64,000 nt of DNA from Clostridium sp. (GTDB lineage: Bacteria > Bacillota > Clostridia > Clostridiales > Clostridiaceae), in NCBI GenBank assembly GCA_036637795.1, contig JAVWLU010000008.1, forward strand, positions 1,823 through 65,822. Direction: 5' to 3'. Each line of letters opens with the position of its first letter. Within the stretch, counting starts at the first letter, position 1. The translations under genes and the position numbers were made by a program. Positions 29,045 through 38,691 of the stretch are shown here, in pieces. The notes beneath the pieces are model-generated. The model was not told where the DNA came from. It made no database searches and worked only from the letters and a program-made list of their open reading frames with translations.

Positions 29045-30211
29045 TTACAATGCGTCTATCAAAATAGATAAACCTTTATCTATATCTTTGTAGCTTATTG
29101 TTAACGGTGGAAGTAGTCTTATAACATTTTTACCTGCTGTAAGAACTAATAGACCATTATTTAATGCTTTAGATTGAATTTCTTTTAAGTCTTTTGTAGT
29201 TTCTATACCAATCATTAATCCATTTCCACGAATATCGATTACCCCAGTGATATTGGCTTCTTTAAGTTTATTTTTGATATATAATCCTTTTTCAGTAACT
29301 TGTTTATAAAAATCTTCATTACAAATTTTATTTAAAACTACTAATGCTCCAGCACTTGCTACTGGGTTACCACCATAAGTTGTACCATGATCTCCAGGAA
29401 CAAATACTTCAGATAGTTTTTCATTACATAAGAAACCAGCAATAGGAAGTCCACCACCTAATCCCTTAGCCATTGTTATAATATCTGCTTTAATATTAAA
29501 TACATCAAATCCAAACAATGAGCCAGTTCTTGCTATACCACATTGAACTTCATCAAATATTACTACTATATCATTATCATTACAGTATGTTACAACTTGC
29601 TTTACAAAGTCTTTATCAAGCTGATTTACTCCGCCTTCACCTTGGATAGATTCCATAATTATTGCACAAACATTATTTGTAGCTTTTTCTTTAAATTCTT
29701 CAATATTATTTGCTTCTACATAATCAAATCCTTGTGGAAAAGGGAAGAAGTAGTTATGGAATTTATCTTGTCCTGTTGCAGTTAATGCAGCTAAAGTTCT
29801 TCCATGGAAGGATTGCTTAAGGCTTAAAATAACATTTCTATCATTACCATATTTCATGTAACTATATTTTCTTGCTAGTTTTATTGCACCTTCATTAGCT
29901 TCAGCGCCTGAGTTTGCAAAAAATACTTTGCTCATATTTGAAATAGATACAAGTTTCTTAGCTAACTCAACAGTATTTTTATTTAAAAATATATTTGAAT
30001 TATGTTGAAGGGTAGAAGCGGCAGTTGATACAGCTTTTGTCCAATCAGCATCATTGTATCCTAAACAGTTAACGCCAATACCACTTGTGAAGTCTATATA
30101 TTCTTTTCCATCTTCACCGTATAGAGTACTTTCATTACCATGTGAAAAAACTACTGGTAAATAGCCATAAGTATTTAGTAAAACTTCTTTTGCATCATTA
30201 AATATACTCAT
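29045..30211 (-). CDS. argD: acetylornithine aminotransferase
   Basis: NSGAEANE, SFHGRT, FDEVQCG, AKGLGGG; arg operon context. Confidence 0.93.
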   Translation of the reverse strand: MSIFNDAKEVLLNTYGYLPVVFSHGNESTLYGEDGKEYIDFTSGIGVNCLGYNDADWTKAVSTAASTLQHNSNIFLNKNTVELAKKLVSISNMSKVFFANSGAEANEGAIKLARKYSYMKYGNDRNVILSLKQSFHGRTLAALTATGQDKFHNYFFPFPQGFDYVEANNIEEFKEKATNNVCAIIMESIQGEGGVNQLDKDFVKQVVTYCNDNDIVVIFDEVQCGIARTGSLFGFDVFNIKADIITMAKGLGGGLPIAGFLCNEKLSEVFVPGDHGTTYGGNPVASAGALVVLNKICNEDFYKQVTEKGLYIKNKLKEANITGVIDIRGNGLMIGIETTKDLKEIQSKALNNGLLVLTAGKNVIRLLPPLTISYKDIDKGLSILIDAL

Positions 30212-30323
30212 TTTTTAGCCTCCTTTAGCATTGAAAAATTAATCATTATAATAGTATGTTTCAAATATGATCATACTGTTATAATGATTTTAAAAAGATA
30301 AAAGTATAAATTAATTTTAAGTA

Positions 30324-31178
30324 TTAGTATATCATCGTTCCGATACCATCATGTGAGAATAGTTCTAATAATATAGAGTGAGGTATTCTACCATCAAGTA
30401 TATGAGTTCTGTGAACGCCCATTCTTATTGATTCTATACAGCAATCTATTTTAGGAATCATACCACCTTTAATTACGTTGTCCATTGTAAGTTTTGGAAT
30501 TTGATGAAGTCTTAAGATTGATATTAGTGATTCTTTAACCTTTGGATCCATCATTACTCCAGGAACATCAGTTAAAAGAATTAGCTTTTCAGCTTTTAAT
30601 GCAGAAGCTATTTTTGATGCACATGTATCTGCATTAATATTATAAACTTCTTCACCATTTTCACTTATACCAACAGATGCAACAACAGGAATATAACCTG
30701 CATTCATAGTCATCTTTAAAACATCAGTATTTATAGAAGTTATTTCTCCAACATAACCTAAATCATCTTGAACTTCTAACTTTTTAGCACTTATTAAGGC
30801 ACCATCCATACCACAAAGTCCAATTGCTTTACCACCATTTCTATGGATTAATGAAACAATATCCTTGTTTACTTTTCCACCAAGAACCATTTGAACTATA
30901 TCAATAGTATCTTTATCTGTATATCGTAATCCATTTATAAACTTACTTTCAATTTGAAGTTTATTTAAACATTTTGATATTTCAGGACCACCACCATGAA
31001 CTAGTATAGGTTCAATACCAATACATTTCATAAGGATGATATCACTCATTACTTGGTTTCTTAATTCATCATTTATCATGGCATTTCCACCATATTTAAC
31101 TACTACTTTTTTCCCATAATATTGTTGCATATAAGGAAGTGCTTGAACTAGTATTTCAGCAGTATCTTGCATAGTCAT
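30324..31178 (-). CDS. argB: acetylglutamate kinase
   Basis: VVKYGGNAM, HGGGPEI, NINAD, GGMIPK. Confidence 0.96.
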   Translation of the reverse strand: MTMQDTAEILVQALPYMQQYYGKKVVVKYGGNAMINDELRNQVMSDIILMKCIGIEPILVHGGGPEISKCLNKLQIESKFINGLRYTDKDTIDIVQMVLGGKVNKDIVSLIHRNGGKAIGLCGMDGALISAKKLEVQDDLGYVGEITSINTDVLKMTMNAGYIPVVASVGISENGEEVYNINADTCASKIASALKAEKLILLTDVPGVMMDPKVKESLISILRLHQIPKLTMDNVIKGGMIPKIDCCIESIRMGVHRTHILDGRIPHSILLELFSHDGIGTMIY

Positions 31179-31200
31179 TTTTAATCCCCCTTGTGTGTGT

Positions 31201-31345
31201 GTAGAATTTAGAATTTAGAATTTAGAATTTAGAATTTAGAATTTAGGATAAAACTTCGTAGAAGTTTTTTAATATACAATAAACTAAAGAAATTCTGAAA
31301 GAATTTCAACAACAATTTTACATTTTTAATTTTAAATTCTAAATT
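31201..31345. repeat. repeat family A, copy 4; overlaps the argJ stop codon
   Basis: Six AATTTAG heptamers, AAAACTTC-gta-GAAGTTTT, GAAATTCT-gaa-AGAATTTC, inverted heptamer arm. Confidence 0.88.
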
Positions 31346-32564
31346 AAGAGCGATAATCTCCATTTATTCTTACATACTCATAACTTAAGTCACATCCCCA
31401 AGTTGTAACTTCACTAGTTCCAGCGTTCATGTTTACAAGTATTTTTATGTTTTCTTCATTTAGTATTTCCTTTGCTTTGGCTTCATCAAATGGAAGACCA
31501 GCTCCAGCTTTGCAAACTTCAATAGTTCCAACTTTACTAGAGAAAGCAACATCAATATTTTCAGGGTTAAAATCTATTTTAGTGTATCCAAGTGCACATA
31601 GAATTCTTCCCCAATTGGCATCAGCCCCAAAGATAGCAGTTTTAACTAAACTTGAGTTTATAACACTTTTTGAAAGTATTTCAGCTTCTTTTTCATTTTT
31701 AGCATTTGAGATAGTACATTCCATTAGTTTTGTAGCACCTTCACCATCTCTTGCAATCATTTTTGATATTTCTACACAAATCTCTTTTAAATATTTAAGG
31801 AAAGTAGAGTAGTTATTATTATTTTCTTCAATTAAAGTATTTTCTGCTAACCCATTAGCTAGTATAAATACAGTGTCGTTTGTTGATGTATCACCATCTA
31901 CACTTACTCTATTAAAACTTACATCTACACATTCCTTTAAGGATTCTTTTAGTAGGTTAGGACAGATATTTATATCTGTTGTTATGAATCCAAGCATTGT
32001 TCCCATATTAGGTTCAATCATTCCAGAACCTTTAGCCATAGCACCGATAGTAACTTCTTTTCCATCTAATTCGAATGTTACTGAAAGTTCCTTTGAAAAT
32101 GTATCAGTAGTCATTATTGCAGTAGATGCTTCGTGTCCACCAGTTGGAGTAAGACTATTTGTTAAAAGTGGAATACCATCTTTTATTGCATCTATATTTA
32201 AAGGAATACCAATAACTCCAGTTGATGCAACAAGTACTTCATGAGGCTTAAGTCCAAGCTCTTTAGCTTGAAGTATTGCCATTTTTTTAGCTTTATGAAG
32301 GCCATCATCACCATTGCATGTATTTGCATTTCCACTATTTATGATAATTGCTTGTGCAGATTTATTTGCTAAATGTTCTTTTGAAATATATATAGGAGCA
32401 CCTTTAACTTTATTCTTTGTAAACACTCCCCAAGCATTAGCTTTAACTTCTGAGTAAATTAAAGCTAGATCTTTTTTTATTACGTTTTTCTTTAAACCAC
32501 AGTGAATTCCAGCTGCTAAAAAGCCTTTAGGTGCTGTAACTCCACTACCTTTTATTATATTCAT
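31344..32564 (-). CDS. argJ: bifunctional ornithine acetyltransferase
   Basis: NSGNANT, KGSGMIEPNMGTML, DGDTSTND, DGEGATK. Confidence 0.96.
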   Translation of the reverse strand: MNIIKGSGVTAPKGFLAAGIHCGLKKNVIKKDLALIYSEVKANAWGVFTKNKVKGAPIYISKEHLANKSAQAIIINSGNANTCNGDDGLHKAKKMAILQAKELGLKPHEVLVASTGVIGIPLNIDAIKDGIPLLTNSLTPTGGHEASTAIMTTDTFSKELSVTFELDGKEVTIGAMAKGSGMIEPNMGTMLGFITTDINICPNLLKESLKECVDVSFNRVSVDGDTSTNDTVFILANGLAENTLIEENNNNYSTFLKYLKEICVEISKMIARDGEGATKLMECTISNAKNEKEAEILSKSVINSSLVKTAIFGADANWGRILCALGYTKIDFNPENIDVAFSSKVGTIEVCKAGAGLPFDEAKAKEILNEENIKILVNMNAGTSEVTTWGCDLSYEYVRINGDYRS

Positions 32565-32598
32565 TTAAAAGCCCCCTTAGTGTTTGTTCAATTCTAAA

Positions 32599-33633
32599 TT
32601 AGAAAGCCGGTGCTATTAATTCTAAACCTTCAGTCTCTTTTAGCCCCAAGAGAATATTCATGTTTTGAATAGCTTGACCAGCTGCCCCCTTAATCATGTT
32701 ATCTATAGCACTAACTACTATTATTCCATCTTTTCTATGATTTAGATGAAGTGAAATTTGACAGTTGTTAGTTAATTTAACATCGTTTATACAAGCTGTT
32801 TCTCCAAGTGGAAGTACTTGTACAAATGGTTCATTTTTATAAGTATCTAAATAAAGATTATGTATTTCAGTTAAATCTTTATTTGTGTTCAAATTTGTAT
32901 ATATAGTTGAAACTATTCCTCTATTAATTGGTAGTAGGTGCGGAGTGAAGGTTACTGTTACCTCATTTCCTGCCATAGCACTTAATGTTTCTTCAATTTC
33001 AGGTGTGTGTCTATGAGTTCCTACTCCATATGGAGCAAAGTTTTCATTACAATCAGGGTAGTGAGTTTTTTGAGAAAGTCCTCTTCCTGCGCCTGTAGTT
33101 CCTGACTTTGAATCACAAATTATGTTATTAAAAGTTATAAAATTATTTTGTAATAATGGCATTAATCCAAGTTCTATACTAGTTGGATAGCAACCTGGGT
33201 TTGCAATTATTTTATATTCCTTAATTTTGTTTCTATTTAATTCTGGTAAACCGTATATTGCTTTCTCATGAATAGTAGGATGAGTAAAAGGCTTACCATA
33301 CCATTCTTTATAATCAGATTCAGATGTAAGTCTAAAATCTGCACCAAGATCTACACAAAGTTTACCTTTTTCAAGACATTCAAGTGCAATATCTTCACTT
33401 AATCCATGAGGTAAAGCTGTAAAGACAAGGTCGCACTTGTCTATAAGTGCGTCCTTATTTTCACATATTAAATTTGATTTATCTAAAAAAGTTCTATATA
33501 TATTAGAAATTTCTTGTCCTTCAAATGAAACTGAACTAATTCCTACAATTTCAACTTCTTTATGAGAGAGTAGAAGTCTTAAAATTTCAGCCCCTACATA
33601 TCCTGTTGCTCCAACGATTCCTACTTTAAACAT
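32599..33633 (-). CDS. argC: N-acetyl-gamma-glutamyl-phosphate reductase
   Basis: [26 protein letters not shown]. Confidence 0.96.
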   Translation of the reverse strand: MFKVGIVGATGYVGAEILRLLLSHKEVEIVGISSVSFEGQEISNIYRTFLDKSNLICENKDALIDKCDLVFTALPHGLSEDIALECLEKGKLCVDLGADFRLTSESDYKEWYGKPFTHPTIHEKAIYGLPELNRNKIKEYKIIANPGCYPTSIELGLMPLLQNNFITFNNIICDSKSGTTGAGRGLSQKTHYPDCNENFAPYGVGTHRHTPEIEETLSAMAGNEVTVTFTPHLLPINRGIVSTIYTNLNTNKDLTEIHNLYLDTYKNEPFVQVLPLGETACINDVKLTNNCQISLHLNHRKDGIIVVSAIDNMIKGAAGQAIQNMNILLGLKETEGLELIAPAF

Positions 33634-35021
33634 TCTAAAGCCTCCTTGTTATTAGAAATAAATTCATTTAATGCTGTAATTTGAATTTTTACTGATTCAC
33701 TGCTAGGTCCGCCAATTACGCTTCTTTCTTCAACACATGTTAAAAGATCAATAGCATGATAAACATCATCTTCAAAAATAGGGGAGAAGCCCTTAAGTTC
33801 TTCAAGTGTTAGGTTTTCGATTGCTTTATCTTCCTTAATACAAGCTAAAACTATTTCTCCAACTATTTCATGAGCATTTCTAAAAGCAGTACCTTTTTTA
33901 ACTAGGTAATCAGCTACATCTGTTGCATTTGTAAATCCACCAGCAGCACCTTTTCTCATTACATCTTTTTTAACAGTCATTGTGTTAATCATTCCTGAGA
34001 AAGTTTTTAGTGCTAGTAAAACAGTATCTATACCATCAAATAAAGCTTCTTTATCTTCTTGCATATCCTTGTTATAAGCTAAAGGGATTCCTTTCATTAC
34101 AGTTAAAAGAGTCATTAAATCTCCATAAACTCTTCCAGTCTTTCCACGTACAAGCTCTGCTACATCAGGATTTTTCTTTTGTGGCATTATTGAGCTTCCA
34201 GTAGAGTATTCATCATCAAGTTCTACAAAGTTAAATTCATTTGTACACCAAAGAATTACTTCTTCAGAGAATCTTGAAAGATGCATCATTATCATTGAGA
34301 TAGCAGAAAGTGCTTCTATTGCATAATCTCTATCTGATACTGAGTCTAGAGAATTTAATGTTACTTTTGAAAAATTCAATTCATTTGCAACAAATTCTCT
34401 ATCAATAGGGTAGGTAGAAGTTGCAAGTGCACCACTACCTAGTGGCATTTCATCTAATCTTTTAAAGCAGTCGAACAATCTACCTGTATCTCTTTTTAGC
34501 ATTTCACCATAAGCAAGTAGATGATGGGCAAAGGTTATTGGTTGAGCCTTTTGCATGTGAGTGTATCCAGGCATTATTGTATAAATGTTTTCCTCTGCTT
34601 TTGTTTTAATAACTTCTTGTAGTTCTAATACTGCTTCAATTATTTCTTTTAATTTTATTTTTGAATACATTTTTGTATCTAGCGCAACTTGGTCATTACG
34701 ACTTCTGCCTGTATGAAGTTTCTTACCTTCATCTCCAATATGAGAAGTTAGTGTAGATTCCATAAAGCTATGAATATCTTCAGAATCTGAATCAATTTCA
34801 ATAACGCCATTATCTATTCTAGTAAGAATCAAGTTTAGCCCATCTTGAATCTTTTCACTATCCTTCATTGGAATGATACCTTGCTTACCTAACATTTTTG
34901 CATGTGCAAGTGAACCTTCAATATCTTGTTTATACATTTTAGAATCAACCCTGATTGATGAGTTAAAGTCATTTACTAAATCATTAACTCCCTTATTAAA
35001 TCGACCGCCCCAAAGTTTCAT
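33621..35021 (-). CDS. argH: argininosuccinate lyase
   Basis: [26 protein letters not shown]. Confidence 0.96.
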   Translation of the reverse strand: MKLWGGRFNKGVNDLVNDFNSSIRVDSKMYKQDIEGSLAHAKMLGKQGIIPMKDSEKIQDGLNLILTRIDNGVIEIDSDSEDIHSFMESTLTSHIGDEGKKLHTGRSRNDQVALDTKMYSKIKLKEIIEAVLELQEVIKTKAEENIYTIMPGYTHMQKAQPITFAHHLLAYGEMLKRDTGRLFDCFKRLDEMPLGSGALATSTYPIDREFVANELNFSKVTLNSLDSVSDRDYAIEALSAISMIMMHLSRFSEEVILWCTNEFNFVELDDEYSTGSSIMPQKKNPDVAELVRGKTGRVYGDLMTLLTVMKGIPLAYNKDMQEDKEALFDGIDTVLLALKTFSGMINTMTVKKDVMRKGAAGGFTNATDVADYLVKKGTAFRNAHEIVGEIVLACIKEDKAIENLTLEELKGFSPIFEDDVYHAIDLLTCVEERSVIGGPSSESVKIQITALNEFISNNKEALECLK

Positions 35022-35044
35022 AATTTCCACCCCTGATTTTTTCT

Positions 35045-36268
35045 TTATTTAGATTGAGATTTTGTAGCCTCATCCATTTTTGCTTTTACTACGATTGGTA
35101 ATCCAAATAAGTTAATGAATCCTGCTGAATCTTTTTGATCATAAACAGCATCTTCACCAAATGTTGCATATTCTTCGCTATATAGTGAGTAAGGAGAAGT
35201 CATACCTGCATTTACAATGTTTCCTTTGTAAAGTTTAAGTTTGATTTCACCAGTTACATTCTTTTGAGTTTCAGCTACAAAAGCTGAAAGTGCTTCTCTA
35301 AGTGGTGTGTACCATTGACCGTTATAAACAATATCAGCAAATTTTAATGCCATTTGTTCTTTGTAGTGAGCTGTTTCTTTATCTAAGCAAAGCTCTTCTA
35401 AATCTTTGTGAGCCTTATAAAGAATAGTTCCACCTGGTGTTTCGTATACTCCTCTTGATTTCATACCAACAAGTCTATTTTCAACCATGTCCATAGTACC
35501 TATAGCATTTTCTCCACCAACTTTATTAAGTTCTTCAATTAACTTAACTCCATCCATTTTCACACCATTAAGTGCAACTGCATTACCATTTTCAAAAGAT
35601 AATGTAATGTAAGTAGCTTTATCTGGTGCAGCTTCTAGAGTATTTGATAACTCTAAAATCTTTGCATAGTCTGGTTCGTTTTCTGGGAATTCAAGGTCAA
35701 GACCTTCATGACTTAAGTGCCATAAGTTTTTGTCCTTACTATAGTTTGTATCATAGCTAATTGATATTGGAATCTTTCTATCTAATGCGTACTCTATTTC
35801 ATCTTCTCTTGATTTTAAATCCCATATTCTCCATGGTGCAATTATTGGCATTTCTGGTGCAAATGCTTTAATAGCTAATTCGAATCTAACTTGGTCATTA
35901 CCTTTACCAGTACATCCATGACAAATTGCATCTGCTCCCTCAGCAAGTGCAATCTCAACCATTCTCTTACCGATAATTGGTCTTGCAAAAGATGTTCCAA
36001 GTAAGTATTTACCTTCATATATAGCCCCAGCTTGAATTGTTGGGAAAACATATTCCTCAACGAATTCTTTAGTTAAATCTTCAATAAAACATTTTGACGC
36101 CCCAGTTTTTAATGCCTTTTCTTCAAGTCCTACTAGTTCATCCTTTTGACCTACATTACCAACAACACAGATAACTTCACATCCGTATGTTTCCTTAAGC
36201 CAAGATATTATGATAGATGTATCTAGTCCCCCTGAGTATGCTAAAACAACTTTATTATATTTTTTCAT
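35045..36268 (-). CDS. argG: argininosuccinate synthase
   Basis: [31 protein letters not shown]. Confidence 0.97.
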   Translation of the reverse strand: MKKYNKVVLAYSGGLDTSIIISWLKETYGCEVICVVGNVGQKDELVGLEEKALKTGASKCFIEDLTKEFVEEYVFPTIQAGAIYEGKYLLGTSFARPIIGKRMVEIALAEGADAICHGCTGKGNDQVRFELAIKAFAPEMPIIAPWRIWDLKSREDEIEYALDRKIPISISYDTNYSKDKNLWHLSHEGLDLEFPENEPDYAKILELSNTLEAAPDKATYITLSFENGNAVALNGVKMDGVKLIEELNKVGGENAIGTMDMVENRLVGMKSRGVYETPGGTILYKAHKDLEELCLDKETAHYKEQMALKFADIVYNGQWYTPLREALSAFVAETQKNVTGEIKLKLYKGNIVNAGMTSPYSLYSEEYATFGEDAVYDQKDSAGFINLFGLPIVVKAKMDEATKSQSK

Positions 36269-36312
36269 TTTAAAAGCCCCCTTTTATAAACTTGAATTAA
36301 TTTCATAATTGC

Positions 36313-36397
36313 AAACAATGTATTGTTGGGTGTTTTAGTTTCTTTGTGAGGTAGGAAAACTATGAAATATTTCATACACCCAACTAACACACTATTT
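36313..36397 (-). other. structured 5' leader of the arg operon
   Basis: About 21-bp outer stem (GUUGGGUGU/ACACCCAAC plus 12 bp with G-U pairs) enclosing two small hairpins. Confidence 0.6.
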
Positions 36398-36419
36398 AAG
36401 AAAATATTGGAAATTCTCT

Positions 36420-36550
36420 TGTTTATGATTATACGCTTTAATGAATTTTTATGCAATACTTTTTTGAAAAAATGTGAAAAAACATATAAAAGTTAGCTTT
36501 TATGCATTATTCTATGCATAATTATTCCGATGTGTGCATGTATATACTAA
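36420..36550 (-). promoter_or_regulatory. arg operon sigma-A promoter overlapped by ARG boxes (ArgR/AhrC)
   Basis: Minus strand TTGCAT (36456-36451), 17 nt, TATAAT (36433-36428); 18-bp ARG-like boxes at 36420-36437, 36440-36457, 36513-36530, 36533-36550, in two pairs each 2 bp apart. Confidence 0.78.
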
Positions 36551-36695
36551 AGATATGTATAGAATAGGTTTTCATAATGAATAAGTAAATTTAAATGATA
36601 TTGTTAAATTAAAATATTCAATAAAGAAGTATATGGAAATAAGATTAAGTTTTTAACTTAATCTTATTTTTTATTTTAAAAAAATTTTAAAAATA

Positions 36696-36780
36696 TGGAA
36701 TATATACTTTACATTGCAAGTAATATATAATATACTTAGTGTAACATATAAATTACATAAAGCATAATATACATTGCAAG
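36696..36780. promoter_or_regulatory. putative operator repeats upstream of the XRE gene
   Basis: Several degenerate TGTAA-N8-TTACA-like palindromes, e.g. TGTAACATATAAATTACA; TACATTGCAAG occurs twice. Confidence 0.4.
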
Positions 36781-36837
36781 AGGTTTCGAAATAAGAAAGT
36801 AATGGATTTTGTTTTAATAATGTGAAAGGAGATTAAA

Positions 36838-37032
36838 ATGGATGGTCTAAAAATTAAGCTCGCAAGAGTAGAAAAAGGGTTAACTCAAGATGAATTAGCT
36901 AAAGCTATAGGAATAACAAGACAAACCATCAGTTTAATTGAAAAGGGAAAGTACAACCCAACAATTAAGTTGTGTCTAGATATGTGTAAAGTTCTTAATA
37001 AAAGTTTAGATGAATTATTTTGGGAGGAGTAA
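36838..37032 (+). CDS. XRE-family HTH regulator
   Basis: LTQDELAKAIGITRQTISLIEKGKYNPT. Confidence 0.92.
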   Translation: MDGLKIKLARVEKGLTQDELAKAIGITRQTISLIEKGKYNPTIKLCLDMCKVLNKSLDELFWEE

Positions 37033-37037
37033 AAATT

Positions 37038-37754
37038 ATGGGTAAATTAAAAGAGGTATTTGGAAAAATAGGAGAAGAAATGAATCCAGATTCATTTGGG
37101 AGTAAAGATGAGAGGATAATAAGTAAGCAAAAGGAAGCATGGATTCCTAGTGCCTTAGCCTTGGGAATATTATATGTCATATTTTCAATAACGTATTTAG
37201 TAAATAAAAATTATGGAGTTATGTTATGGATTTGTTTGGGAATATCTATAACATTATTAGGAACGTTAGCAGTGACTACTGTATTATATAAAAACAAAGA
37301 TGAAGCACTTCATATGAGGTATATTGATATAAATGTTATAGCATGTGCTACAGTTACAGGTGTGATTACAATATTAGCTATAATTAGATTGGTTAGTCCT
37401 ACATCTTTTCAAAGATACGGAATTGATTTAACACCTATAATATTAGGGGTTATTGTTTTTGCAATTAGTTATAGCATAACAGTATCTAAAAAGGGTGCAG
37501 TATATATTTATTCAGATAAAAGAGAAAAGAAAATAATAGTTAGAAAAATAATAATAAATGCAATAATGATGGGGATAGGTTTTCAGTTATTAGAACTTAT
37601 ACCGAGTGGATTTGATTTTAGTAAATTTGAAATTGGAGAGTTTATATTAAGTATGATAATTTTTTTAATTATTTCTACTGCTTTTGATCTGAGAATGATG
37701 AAGTCATCTAATATAGCAGCAGAGAAAGAATTAGAAGAATTTGAGGAGAGTTAA
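37038..37754 (+). CDS. multi-pass membrane protein paired with the XRE regulator
   Basis: About six TM helices; DER motif near N-terminus; GGAGG RBS. Confidence 0.75.
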   Translation: MGKLKEVFGKIGEEMNPDSFGSKDERIISKQKEAWIPSALALGILYVIFSITYLVNKNYGVMLWICLGISITLLGTLAVTTVLYKNKDEALHMRYIDINVIACATVTGVITILAIIRLVSPTSFQRYGIDLTPIILGVIVFAISYSITVSKKGAVYIYSDKREKKIIVRKIIINAIMMGIGFQLLELIPSGFDFSKFEIGEFILSMIIFLIISTAFDLRMMKSSNIAAEKELEEFEES

Positions 37755-37947
37755 TTTAAATAAAGTAAAAAATCAGGTAGGTTCTATTTGGACTACCTGA
37801 TTTTTTTTTATTGTCGAAAAAATCAATATAACATCAAAAATTTAACAATAAAAGATAAAAATAGATAAAAAGTAAAAATAATGATAGAATATTTAATGTA
37901 AACCATTTAAATTAAAAAATTAAAAGATGGGTTGGAGGGTGGAATTT

Positions 37948-38667
37948 ATGAAAAATATAAATGATGACGATAAAAAGGAAGTATTAAGAGTTGAAAAGCT
38001 AGGGAAATCATATGGTCAAGGGGAATCGGTGGTAAATGCATTAATGGAAAGTGATTTTGAGATTACTAAGGGGGAGTTTGTTGCGATAATTGGTCCTTCT
38101 GGATCTGGAAAGAGTACACTATTGCATTTATTAGGTGGAATTGATAAGCCAAGTTGTGGAAAGGTATTTATTGATGGACAAGATATATATGACATGAATA
38201 GTGAAAAATTAGCTATTTTAAGAAGACAAAAAATTGGATTTATATTTCAATACTATAATCTGATTCCTGTCTTAAATGTTAGAGAAAATATATTAATGCC
38301 AACATTATTAGATGGAAATAGTGAGGATAAAGAGTATACTAATGAATTAATTGAAATTCTAGGATTAAAAAATAGAGAAACTCATTTACCAAGTCAACTT
38401 TCAGGGGGACAACAACAAAGAGTTGCAATAGGAAGAGCTTTGGTAAATAAACCATCAATAATATTGGCAGATGAACCAACAGGTAATTTAGATACGAAAA
38501 CAACAACTGAAATTTTAAATTTATTGAAATTATCAGTTAAAAAATATAATCAAACATTAGTAGTAATAACTCATGATCCTAATATTGCAAAACAAGCTGA
38601 TAGAATTATAAAAATAGAGGATGGAAAAATTATTTCTGACGAGCTAGTAAAAAGTATTAAAGCATAA
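37948..38667 (+). CDS. ABC transporter ATP-binding protein (LolD/MacB type)
   Basis: [28 protein letters not shown]. Confidence 0.93.
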   Translation: MKNINDDDKKEVLRVEKLGKSYGQGESVVNALMESDFEITKGEFVAIIGPSGSGKSTLLHLLGGIDKPSCGKVFIDGQDIYDMNSEKLAILRRQKIGFIFQYYNLIPVLNVRENILMPTLLDGNSEDKEYTNELIEILGLKNRETHLPSQLSGGQQQRVAIGRALVNKPSIILADEPTGNLDTKTTTEILNLLKLSVKKYNQTLVVITHDPNIAKQADRIIKIEDGKIISDELVKSIKA

Positions 38668-38691
38668 GGTATGGTGATGGGGGGATTTGAG

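Noticed and set aside
31192-31202. (TG)5 microsatellite by the argB RBS
   Set aside because: Too short to support phase variation; probably the decayed edge of the adjacent repeat.
31201-31246. AATTTAG arrays as a CRISPR array
   Set aside because: Direct heptamer tandem repeats with no unique spacers, and no cas genes in the window.
36265-36456. ORF upstream of argG as an arginine leader peptide
   Set aside because: Its start lies in the -35 box; the transcribed part has a single Arg codon after the only plausible ATG, no good RBS and no terminator before argG.
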